Assembly (NCBI GenBank): GCA_965287045.1
Contig: OZ336888.1
Location: 30,628,001 to 30,692,000, forward strand
Length of the DNA: 64,000 bases
DNA from: Carcharhinus amblyrhynchos
Taxonomy: Eukaryota
Direction of reading: 5' to 3'
Below, piece after piece: positions 53,478 through 64,000 of the stretch. Below the pieces are notes generated by a model. It ran no database searches, was not told where the DNA came from, and was given only the letters and a program-made list of their open reading frames with translations. Made by a program: the position numbers and the translations under genes. Within the stretch, counting starts at the first letter, position 1. The number at the start of each line of letters is the position of its first letter.

Positions 53478-56400
53478 ACAGATGCATTAAGGTAGATCTG
53501 GATTGCTCCTCTATGTCTTGCATCTGAAATTGCATCAATGGAATGGTTACATCTTGCAGTGAAATGAAAATTCCACAGCAACACATGATTTTTTTGTGGA
53601 ATAGCAGATGCAGTTGTGTCAGCCGTTGCTTTCACTCTGGAATATCTCTCTTCAATCTATACCTACCAGGGGTGTATGAATAATAGATCACTTCCGTCTG
53701 ATGACTCTTAAGAACATGTCAGGGGTGAAATGAGTTCCAGCAGACTGAATTCAATGGTGAATGAGATAATACTTAAAATGCCAATAACATAAATATATGG
53801 GTTTAGGTTTTGGCAGATGAGAAAGGGTTCGATACTACCCCACACCAATCCATCTGCCTACGTATCAGATCATAATAATTCAAACTAACTTGCACAATAA
53901 AGTAAACTAGCAAGGCCATTTTGTGATTGTGAAATTAATATTTCTAACATAATTCAGATTTAGATCAATGGCTTATAGGTGAGTTAGTGCTGAAATCGTA
54001 GCAGGAGCCTCAGAGGATGATGTTGAAATTCAACAATACTGACAGAGGTAAGAAAATGTTTGATGAACTGACTTATGACCTCAAAGTTTCAGGGGCTGTT
54101 CGCACAGGAACAGAAGCCACTGATGGAATAAATACATCTGAAAGGTTGCAAGCAAATGACAGCAGATGGAGGTCAGACTTGGCAGGTCCACAGTTGATGA
54201 TGTGAAGAAAATATTTTAGGTTTCTTTTTAACCTATTTTAAAATATTTCACCCAAGAAATATTCAAATCCTTAAGGTGTTGCAAAGAACAGGCGTGACTG
54301 ATTCCTATTGCCATAAATCAAAGAATTGGTTGAGTAAACGACTTTTTTAACTTCAAAATGGAATGATTGAGTGGAGTCCTCATAGGTACATTTAAGATAT
54401 TGCTGATATGGTGGAGACATATTAGTATATTGCTACAAAATAAGCTGTAGACAGAGACAGCATAGTATAATGACATTTAGGACAGATACTGAGAATTTCT
54501 TCTTCCTCTACAAGAAATTAACACACAGGATGGACCCCCAGGTATGAGGCAAAAAATCTTGAAATCATTTAAAAAGAGAGCTGGATGTTGCACTGGGGAC
54601 CGTAGGTTATTTCTGGATGGATAAGCCAGGGTGAGCTTAATAAGCATCCTCATCCATATCCATCTTGTGATCATGGAGACAGAAAAGGTAGAACTAAGGT
54701 CACAGGAAGAAAATAGGCAATAGAGACAGAGAGAGCTGGAAGATCAGGAGGATACATAGTAGAAAAATATTATTGCAAAATGATTAAGAAAAATAACAAA
54801 AATAACATTTTTTTTAATTTGCAGTTACCTATTTATCCTGTACACAACTAGTTAAAATGAAAGATTTGGAGACAGGGAAAAGCAGTACTGAGCAAATTGG
54901 AGGATAGAATAGATACTGAATGACAATGCTCATATACAGCAGAGGTGAAGAAGGGTAAGTATCACAGGGAGCACCAAACTAAAGAAACCAATAAAGGATG
55001 TTTTCAAAAACTGATGATAAATTGATTGATATATCCAAGACAATACAAAGAATGAGAAAAAAAAAGTAGTCTTGGTAAAATTATAAAGGGCAGAGCAGGT
55101 GGATGTGAGAAATTGAAGATGACAAAAGTGAAAGAAATGAGATTTGGAAGAAATAAATGTTGGATAACAAATGAAAAGATATAGATACAAATGATAGGAT
55201 ATCATTTCTGATTTTTATTAAAATTGCACCTGGGTGAATGGGAAGAGACATTGGTCAGATTTTGTTAGACTGACAGGAATCTTGCCTGCTGGTTGGAGAA
55301 CTGACTGCGAATCTGCATCAGTTCCATGAAGGTGCGACAATGGAATGAAGTGCTCTTCGGGCACTTAAGTGGCCATCACTGTGATTGAGTCCCAGGCTGT
55401 GGAAATCCTACTGGCCAGAGACCAGCAGCTTGTCATTGCCATCAATGCCAGTGGGAGCAGGACTGATGGTAGCTGGGGACACTGCAGTCACCTGAAATCT
55501 AGAATCATCATGGGTCTCCAAGTCAAAGATGAGTGAGGATGGAATGGGGTAATGGGTGTGATTGACAGGAAAACGTGTTGAGAGGTAGGTCAGAGCTAAG
55601 GGCAGGTTGTAGCTTTCTGCCTCACCCCGTCCCTCAATAGGTACTAATTAGGCCCGACAATGAAGAATGCCTTCAAGCCCTCACAGCCAGCAAACCTGAC
55701 AGGGAAAGTGCGCAGCCTCCACTTAACCCCTGAGCCAGCATTACAATTGCAGTCTCAGGGTTAATGGATGTCAATTGGCTCATTAATGAATCTAATTGAC
55801 ATTCTACCATCGGCAGCCAGGAAATCAGCTCCTTCTGCACTTCCACTTAATTGGGGGAGGTTTTGCCACTGCCTGAAGACTGATACTTAGATTAAATGGG
55901 CCCAGCTACCATGCTTCCCACAATGACGGGTTGTAATAAATCCAGTCCTATGGATGAGGACTTAAAAGGAACACATGCCAAAAGTCCCAGGGCAGATAGG
56001 CACTTGAGATTTCCAACAAGTGACATTTTAGTTTCTGACTGGACTTCAATCACAGGGAATGCTTCCCATTGCCACTTAAGTGCCAAGGGTGCTTAATTCC
56101 ATTGCCCTCCCTCATGGAACTGACGCAGGTTTCCTGGCAGGTGGGACCCCCATCAGCCTAACAAAATCTGGCCTTAATCTCTCACCCACTTAGCCAGAAA
56201 CAATTTTAAGAAAAGTCAGCTATGATATTCTATCATTTGTACTTGCATCTTTTATTGATTAGCCAACATTGATTTATTTCAAATTTTGTTTAATTTACTT
56301 TTGTGGTCTTTGTTTTCTCACTCGTCACAGGGATTTAAACTGGAGAAGCTGCCCTGAGTTCAGAAAGTCTGCTGAGGTCAGTGGTTTAGGTTGGACATGT

Positions 56401-57682
56401 CAACAACCTTCCTCTCTCACCCCTTGGGTTTCCAGCCTTCCTGTGAGGATGAAAAACTGGACAGATAGCTATTCAATAGAAGCAGGAGGTTTGCATTAAA
56501 AATGCTGTCTTGAATTAGTATGCAGAGTCCACTTAGACATTAACTATTCGCACCACAGTTCCTCAACATTGTGCCTAAATTCCTACTCAGCATGGGGCAG
56601 GGGTGGAGCTGATCTTTGCCTTAATATTCTCCTTTAATTAAATATATGTATTACAGTGGGCTTAATTAAACCAAACAAGCTTGAATGTGATACCAAGCAA
56701 AGATTTTGTTTCTTTTTCTTGTCCAGATGCCAGTCCTGGGGACTGAAACATTTAAACATCCAGAGACAGCTACAAATCGCCATTAGGAAGTGGTTCGATT
56801 CGGTAAAATGTAAAGTGAAGTTCCCTCTAAGAAGCCTCATTCACTGATTTGTCACAATCTTAAAGCTGATAGCTCTGTGTTCATAGTTTGATTGAATGGA
56901 ATATGGTAATTGCTTTTTTTTCAACAAGAGGTTTCCAGTTACTTGAGGATGATACACCAGTTCAGTTACATGAAATAAAGACTCAACTCTCTGGAGCTTG
57001 ACTGAAATGCTAACAAACCTAATTAACTATGTCTGATCTGTTATTTTTTAAATTCCCAAACCAGTTACAAACCCAGCTGGTGGATCAAATTTCTCAGCTT
57101 CACTGTTGAGGTACAGCACACTCAGCTGGGTTGGTTTCAATTCTAGGGCAACAAATGGGAAGATTGGTCACTCGTACATGAGGCAAAGAGACGCTGACAT
57201 TTTACATCAGGCTGCTAAGCAACGGTGATACAGCTTGGTGGATTATGGGTGGGCACTATCAGGCCAACACTAAGGTATGTCTGCAGGTGTCATGATTGTG
57301 AGGTGGGCATGATCCACCAGAGTCCCTGATCTACAGTGCAGAGTTTATCTTTGTGGGACTGTAGGTGCATCCTCCTGTTAAAAAAAAACACAAAGTTAGG
57401 CACATTTACACATCCATGCCAGCTGAAAAAGAGCTAATCCTGGCAACTCCAGCCATCCAACTCTTGGTTTGTAATCCTGTTGGTGACAACACCAAATGGA
57501 TATCTAAGAGTATTTTAAACACAGTGACGGTTTCTGTCTCCACCACACTTTTGGGCAGTGAGTTCTACACTCCCACCACACTCTGGATGAAAACTTTCCC
57601 CTCAACTACCCTTTATTCATTCAATAATTACTTTAAATCTATGCATTCTGGTTATTGACCTTCTTATTAATGGAAATGGTGC

Positions 57683-57890
57683 CAGCATCTGTGGAAAGAG
57701 AAACAGATTTAATCTTTTGAGTTATATTACACTTCTTCAGAAATGAAGTTTGAGTTCAGAGGGAGTCATACTGGACTCAAAACGTTAACTCTGTTTATCT
57801 GTCCACAGATGCTGCCAGTCCTGCTGAGCTTTTCCAACATTTCTGTTTTTATTTCAGATCTTCATTATTCACAGTATTTGCTTTTATTAC
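57683..57890. mobile_element. Old Penelope-like pLTR pair in inverted orientation
   Basis: 57683-57742 is a diverged reverse complement of 57755-57814; degenerate hammerhead remnants (ctgaagaag; ctcaaaacgtt); same family as 40480-40630 and 48160-48290. Confidence 0.6.
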
Positions 57891-58480
57891 AGTTGAGCCT
57901 AATCCAGTTAGCAACAGATGTTGTTCACACATTCACTTCCAGCTGGTGGTCACTAGATGCCAGTCAAAAACAGTGATGTCGATTAATGTTTTTCCTCCTT
58001 TCCTAATCAGGGAATGATGCAGCCAGTTTGAATGTTCCTATTACTACCCAGAGCTTGTTTTTAAATTTCTTCTTAACCAAATATGAATCCAATTCTTAAT
58101 TGTAACTATTATATCAATGGAATATTAAATGCTTTTGATTTCATTGGATCAAATCACTGGACAACCCTGTTTGCAGCAGATAACATTAATTAACCATTCA
58201 TGATTGATTTTAATATCATTAACCACACTATAAAGTATAATAAAACAGTCAATTATTAGTATTCTTATCTGCATTAAATACATGGATTTAACTTTAAAAT
58301 GTATTAGTATTAAGATTTAAACAAAACAAAAACCAGTACATTGCGGATTTAAACAATTCTGAAGACTTAAACAATCTTGCTTTAAGTTATTCTGAGTTCT
58401 ATTTATAAGATGTTATGCAGAGTGGGGAAGCAGTGAGAGTGAGGTTAAAAGAAAGTGGTTCCATTTCATGCTCTATCCCT

Positions 58481-59259
58481 GTCCATTTGCGGTTTTATCA
58501 CTGTACCATTTCACCATCCATCCTGGTAAATCCTGATTTTTTTTTACATGTCTCAACATGAGACCACCTCTCATTCTTCTAAATGGCAGAGAATATTGGT
58601 TCATTCCAATGTCTGATTTGATTTGGCTTGTTTTGATTTATTATTAACACATATATTAGTATACAGAGAAAAATACTGTTTCTTGCATGCTACACAGTAA
58701 AAAGTCTGACAACACCAGGTTTTAGTCCAACCAATTTATTTGATAATATACTCACAAGCTTTCGGGGTTAGTCCCTTCGTCAGGTGAATGGAGAGTTCTG
58801 GCCTCAGACAGAGCATATAAAGCACAGACAGTTTAGAGATTACTGATTAGAATGCGAATCCTTACACCTAACCTGCTGTTCAAGACCTGAAGTGGCTGAC
58901 AATGATCTCTAATAATACAATAAGACAATCTAATAATACAATAATAATACAATAATAATAATCTAATAAGACAATAATCTCTTGTGAGTCTATTATCAAA
59001 TAAATCGGTTGGACTAAAACCTGGTGTTGTCAGACTTTTTACTGTGTAGCATGCAAGAAACAGTATTTTTCACTGTATACTAATATATGTGTTAATAATA
59101 AATCAAAACAAGCCAAATCAAATCAGACATTGGAATGAACCAATATTCTCTGCCATTTAGAAGAATGAGAGGTGGTCTCATGTTGAGACATGTAAAAAAA
59201 AAATCAGGATTTACCAGGATGGATGGTGAAATGGTACAGTGATAAAACCGCAAATGGAC
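58481..59259. repeat. Long inverted repeat with ~278-bp arms (58481-58758 / 58981-59259)
   Basis: Arms compared by eye: about 3 substitutions and one homopolymer indel. Confidence 0.95.
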
Positions 59260-59370
59260 TAACCCCGAAAGCTTGTGAGTCTATTATCAAATAAATCGGT
59301 TGGACTAAAACCTGGTGTTGTCAGACTTTTTACTGTGTTTACGCCAGTCCAACGCCAGCATACCCACATC
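58693..59370. mobile_element. Complex Penelope-like element insertion (three pLTR pieces, filler, inverted host duplication)
   Basis: 58693-58904 near-identical to 32473-32686; plus-strand partial copies at 58981-59046 and ~59256-59370 (the last carries the tail); 10-bp TSD ttgcatgcta (58683-58692 / 59371-59380). Confidence 0.85.
58751..58788 (-). ncRNA. Minimal hammerhead ribozyme motif, sense to reelin pre-mRNA
   Basis: Reverse complement reads UUCAC-CUGACGA-a-GGG acuaac CCC-GAAA-GCUU-GUGAG. Confidence 0.75.
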
Positions 59371-60176
59371 TTGCATGCTATACAGACAAAGTATACTGTT
59401 CATAGAGAAGGAAAGGGGGAGTGCAGAAGGTAGTGTTACGGTCATAGCCAAAGTGTAGAAAAAGAGTGACTAATGTCAGCACATGGTGACAGGTAATGAT
59501 AAAAATATCCAGGGAGTAGGGAACACAAGGTTGAGCTAAAGCAATTCCCATTTCAAGGTTGTCCCATTACTTGCAAATCTAAATGACCTCACCTTCATGT
59601 CCTGAGAATGTTTCCTGTCACATGTATTATCACACAGCTAGATGCACATCAGAGACCAATATCAAAATAAATTCTTGATTTTCTCCCTAAGGCTTCACTG
59701 TTGTGATGATATTTACCGACAGCTGGGCCTCACACTTTGTCAGGATTACTGCTGTTGGATTGCAGGCATTGGGTTTGGGAGATGGCAGATTGCAAATGGC
59801 TGGTGACAGATGGAGAGGAATCTGCCCTCAACACCTTCATTTCAGAACAAGTGAACATCATAAATTTCCCAAATTAAGAAGATGTCATTCAACCCAGCCA
59901 GACGGAAGGACATATTTGATAGCCAGACGGACCAAGGCATAATTGCAATACAAATTCTGTATAGAATGGAACTAAATGTCATTTGTAAGCACGTTTAAAT
60001 TAATGTGCCCTTCCAACAGCGAAGACTTTCAATGACTCATACTTTAACAGATTAGTCATTGGGCATCACTGCTCCACAGAGGTATAAAGCTTATCAATTA
60101 GAATTAAGACATGGCAAAGAGATGAGTCTGTGCAAAACAGCAAATGATTAAGTTAAGGGAATTAATTGGAACAAAC

Positions 60177-60417
60177 CTTTACTGTCGCTCCAGGGAAAAA
60201 AAGCCAGTGGCCTGTGTCGACTGGGTCTAGGTTATCTTCCAGAAGCATCTGTTTGTGGGCAGCATTGATGATCAGTATGTTATCCAGGGCCCAACAGGCC
60301 TCATACACATCACCTGCATGGAGATCTTCTTGTTTCCATTTAAATTTGATATTTTCCCCTTTGGCGTCTTGAGGAAGATAGATTATGTGGATAACGGTGC
60401 TGGTGTTAGACGGAGCT
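60177..60417 (-). CDS. RELN: Reelin exon (~10), [22 protein letters not shown]...[17 protein letters not shown]
   Basis: ORF track 60162..60437; taacag acceptor, GT donor; 241 bp, in phase with neighbours. Confidence 0.97.
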
Positions 60418-60882
60418 CTGTTATTTAAAAAATACAAATTATTTATCTTTGTGATTTATTTCATTTTATTCTTTACCTTTTATCTTTGCAACTTACTTAC
60501 CATCACATTTCTCTTCACATAGAAAAGGGGTGATTATATATCCTTAGCTATTGCTAGAAATCTGTAAATGGTGCCAAGCAAGCAAACAGGGCAATGCAAG
60601 TATTTCCCTTCCTTACTTTCATCTCCTGCTTGTGTGCAGTATTCCATTTCGCAGCAATAAAAGTTACAAAGAATTTCCCTAGCTGAGCAAGTCAACTATA
60701 GGATCGAATTCGTAACATTTTGACCGGGGCTCACATGTTTAACCTCTGCAAGGGCACCCATATTACCCAATTTTGAAACCAAGGTACAGGGGCTAGAGTG
60801 TACTAGCAGTGCAGTATGATGACATGCTACCCACCCCCATCCCCCTTCCAGTTCCTTACCATTGATGTTCTTTACTACAAAC

Positions 60883-60979
60883 CTAATTTTCTCCAGAACA
60901 ATCCAATCAGCTGAGGTGTTCTTGCTGTAGGAGACGACAATGCCAGGATCAGTATAGCTATATCGACACGTACCAGACC
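60883..60979 (-). CDS. RELN: Reelin internal exon (~human exon 9), [32 protein letters not shown](R)
   Basis: Matches reelin N-terminal region (human [33 protein letters not shown], recalled); ttccag acceptor, GT donor; 97 bp. Confidence 0.95.
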
Positions 60980-63356
60980 CTGGAAGACAGATCAGAGGAG
61001 GAAAAAAGCGCATCAGGAAATGATCTGACAGAGGCATCAGCAACCAAAGCAGTGACCTTCCATTGCGCACGTTTGTCTTAAGCCTTTCTTTATGAAGAAA
61101 TCATTGGCTGATTTGTGGTTAAATGTAAATATGGAATTTTGTATGATTTATGTGACATGTATGATATATAGATGATAAATCACAATCCTGGCAAGTAATA
61201 TGTCACTTTTCCCAAGAGGGAAGGCTGAATAAATTTGTAGAAATATTAGGAATTGGTAATGCAAAGAGGTTCACCTGCACAAAAGTGCTTACTGACGTTT
61301 TAACAGCTTGGACACATAGTAGTTTTGCCATATCTATAAGGAGTAGTAAATAATAGTCAGGACAGAAACCTGATTTTTAATGTATGGATAGAAAACCATA
61401 ATATGTATCTCTTGCTCTATCAGATGCAACACCTCGTCAGCACCAGTGATCTCTTACTACAGTGTTGTTCAGCTGCAATCAGTACACACATTGTACAAAG
61501 AATTACAACAACATGAGTTAATCAGAAGCAGTGTTTGACTAACTGAACCATCTCATTGCATTCATTGTGGCCTATAAACGATCCATAAATTTTATCAATC
61601 CATTGTAACAAAATTGCTGCAGGCTGGAAGTTAAGAACTATTGATCTGTTGACTATGAATGGAGTCCATGACTACAATTGTATTGTATTTTTTCCCTCTC
61701 AAAATCTTTTTTGTTCCATATTTAATAGAATTTTCTATTCCTCGGGTGGTTCTTTCACACCACGCAATCATCCACAACAAAACAGACAAGTAGAAAATCC
61801 CATCTCTGTCATTCCAATGTAGTTTTTAGGTGAGGTTTCAAGTATGGTCCAGAGTGACCCACTTGCTGATTCTCCCTCCAACTCTGTGGGGAACCACAAT
61901 GGCTTGACCTGCTGTTTCTCCACAGTTTCACAATCTCAATCCCCTGCAAATGCCACAATTTATTCCTCTCTCTCTTTTTATTTTGTCCCATTCTCAGCTG
62001 TTGTCATTGAGCCCCTGCCTCCCCATGCCCAAGCCAGGACAGTATCATGGCCAGCAAGTTGTGGAGGTTTCCACAGCCACCCTCAAACATTCCTCTTCTA
62101 TCATCTTTTAATACAAAATGCAATTTAAGTAAGGACATTTGGATGCTGCCTCCTCTCACCCAGTTCACCCTAACTGAGCAGTTTGCTTTCATGCAGTGCT
62201 CCACTTAGCTCCCTAGCTGGGAACTGACAGCAATTATGAATCAGAAAATCACCTGCCCAGATGAACGCAGGCAGCTGAGACTAGAGTAATCCACTGAGAA
62301 TTTTTTTTATCAATACACTGCACTGGTTTTTTTAAAACCAGTCTCATTTTAAACAAGGTGCGACCGGTACTTGCTGCTAACCTTTCAGCAGGTAGAAATA
62401 TTAAAGCTAGAACAAAAGATATTTTGCTCAGTAATTTAATCCAGCTAGGATGATTGCTCTCTGATTAACTTGCTTGATAGATTGACTGGCTGTAATTCCT
62501 ATTAATATTGAGTGATGGTGTCCTGAAGGTCTAATTGAACACACATTCACTCACCACAGCTTCCTGACAGGAGCTGATTTCTGCCTGATTTATCTTACTT
62601 TACATGTTGACAAACACTTCCAAACTACAAGGCAGTTTTGTTTTTTCAAAAAGTACTCTTCCAATAAATCTCTCTGCTCTCTTTTAAATAAGGTTCCAGA
62701 GAGCAAAATGTTTTAATAGTGTAGTGATGGTTCAGACACACTTTCTAAAACACAATACAAAAAAAAATCTGGACTGAGGTACAATAACCTTACCAAAAAG
62801 AATAGAATGTTTTTGCACTGTACTCCATTACAACATTCACATTTTCCCTTCATTAGTTGTATGAGTAGATAATGGAGCAGTGAGGTGAATCTGTGCTTTC
62901 TCAGATCTTTCTTTGATTGCACTTCACTGTCTAATTGAGGACCTGACATTTGAAGGTATGATCACTGTTGCATGAACAATATTTTAATTTTAGGTATGAA
63001 ATTTCTATATTCTTTCTTAGACACTGAGTTCTGTTTCACTGTGTGTAGCGATGCATATCGACAGGAAGAGATAGGTTCTTCCAGTTAACAGGGGGACAAG
63101 TAGCAAGTACTTTAATTGATATTCATCATTTTTTGATCACAAGTGCCAGAAGGGACTGATGAGTGATGGCTACATTACATCCTCAAAGGAAATGGCAGTT
63201 GTCCCCTAGACCTCTCTAATATAGCTCCTTGTAGTCTGCTGAAGAGGAACCACCCTCTTGATCAGAGAATACTGCAGCGAAGCTTCAGGTCTGAACAGAA
63301 AGTAGGGACTGAATTTTCATTTGTGGGTCCAGATCCCACTGTCAGGAGGAATGGGG

Positions 63357-63655
63357 AGGGCACGGTGGCACAGTGATTAGCACTGCTGCCTCAAAGCGCC
63401 AAGGACCCAGATTCAATTCCCAGCTTGGGTCACTGTCTGTGTGGAATTTGCACATTCTCCCCATGTCTGCATGGGTTTCCTTTGGGTGCTCCGATTTCCT
63501 CCCACAGTCCAAAGATGTGCATGTTAGGTGAATTGGCCATGCCAAATTTCCCTCAGGGTTCCCAAACAGGCGCCAGAGTGTGGTGACTAGAGGATTTTCA
63601 CAGTAACTTCATTGTAGTGTTAATGTAAGACCAATTGTGACTCACAAGTAAATAA
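63357..63655 (+). mobile_element. tRNA-derived SINE (HE1-like head)
   Basis: gggcacggtggcacagtgattagcactgctgcctca...gattcaattcc gives A-box and B-box-like motifs; tail shared with 29045-29275 and 42370-42500. Confidence 0.8.
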
Positions 63656-64000
63656 AAAGTACAGGTCAGGAACCCACACATGCCAGTGTTAGCTCCCAGA
63701 GGCTGTTATTTGAGGAAGCAGCCACAGCAGTGGATAAGCTCCCAGAAGCTCAAGATCCATCATTTAATGGGGAAATAGGAGACCACAGCTTGCAGGCCTA
63801 CCAGCCAGTTGCCCCTCTGCTGTCAAGTGAAAATGTGGCCCGAGAAAATGGAGTGAAACTAATTTTAAAAAGTCAGACTTAAAGAATCAACATAAAAGGT
63901 TAACAATTTGTAAAACCATTCCAAGTAAATTGGATTAAAATATATTTGGTGAGTTGCCCTAGCGATAAAGCAATCAGGAGAAGAAGAGCACTCCATTCAT

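Noticed and set aside
58905-58980. CRISPR-like or telomeric array
   Set aside because: There is no constant repeat with unique spacers and no TTAGGG; it is low-complexity filler in a eukaryotic intron.
59256-59279. Additional complete hammerhead
   Set aside because: It is truncated: it has GAAAGCUU but lacks CUGACGA and the 5' strand of stem I.
63357-63430. tRNA gene
   Set aside because: The A/B-box-like head continues into a SINE body shared with several other copies, and no complete cloverleaf is evident.
60980-64000. Upstream reelin exon (~8)
   Set aside because: I could not find the expected TTASVLQFSI-like coding sequence; it is probably outside the window, though a short exon could be missed by eye.

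Overview
AT-rich vertebrate genomic DNA, almost certainly a shark or ray, judged from its SINE, CR1 and Penelope repeat families. The window lies entirely inside one large minus-strand gene, reelin (RELN). I can place 18 consecutive internal coding exons (60979 down to 1164). All have AG acceptors and GT donors, and they splice into one 2906-nt open frame. Their sizes match human RELN exons 9-26 as I recall them (numbering is from memory and should be verified). The introns contain CR1, L2, Rex1/Babar-like and RTE-like LINE fragments, tRNA-derived SINEs and Penelope-like element (PLE) remnants; one CR1 (51170-52461) looks young and has an unbroken RT frame. The most interesting structures are two near-identical young short PLE insertions (32440-32834 and 58693-59370). 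Both carry minimal hammerhead ribozyme motifs whose stem II differs in sequence but keeps its pairing. Both also have inverted pseudo-LTR arms, target-site duplications and the same internal endpoint. The second one also copied about 210 bp of host flank in inverted orientation and contains a low-complexity filler. There is also an unexplained ~117-bp-arm palindrome (53204-53477) and a composite templated duplication near exon 21. Most short ORFs in the track are noise.
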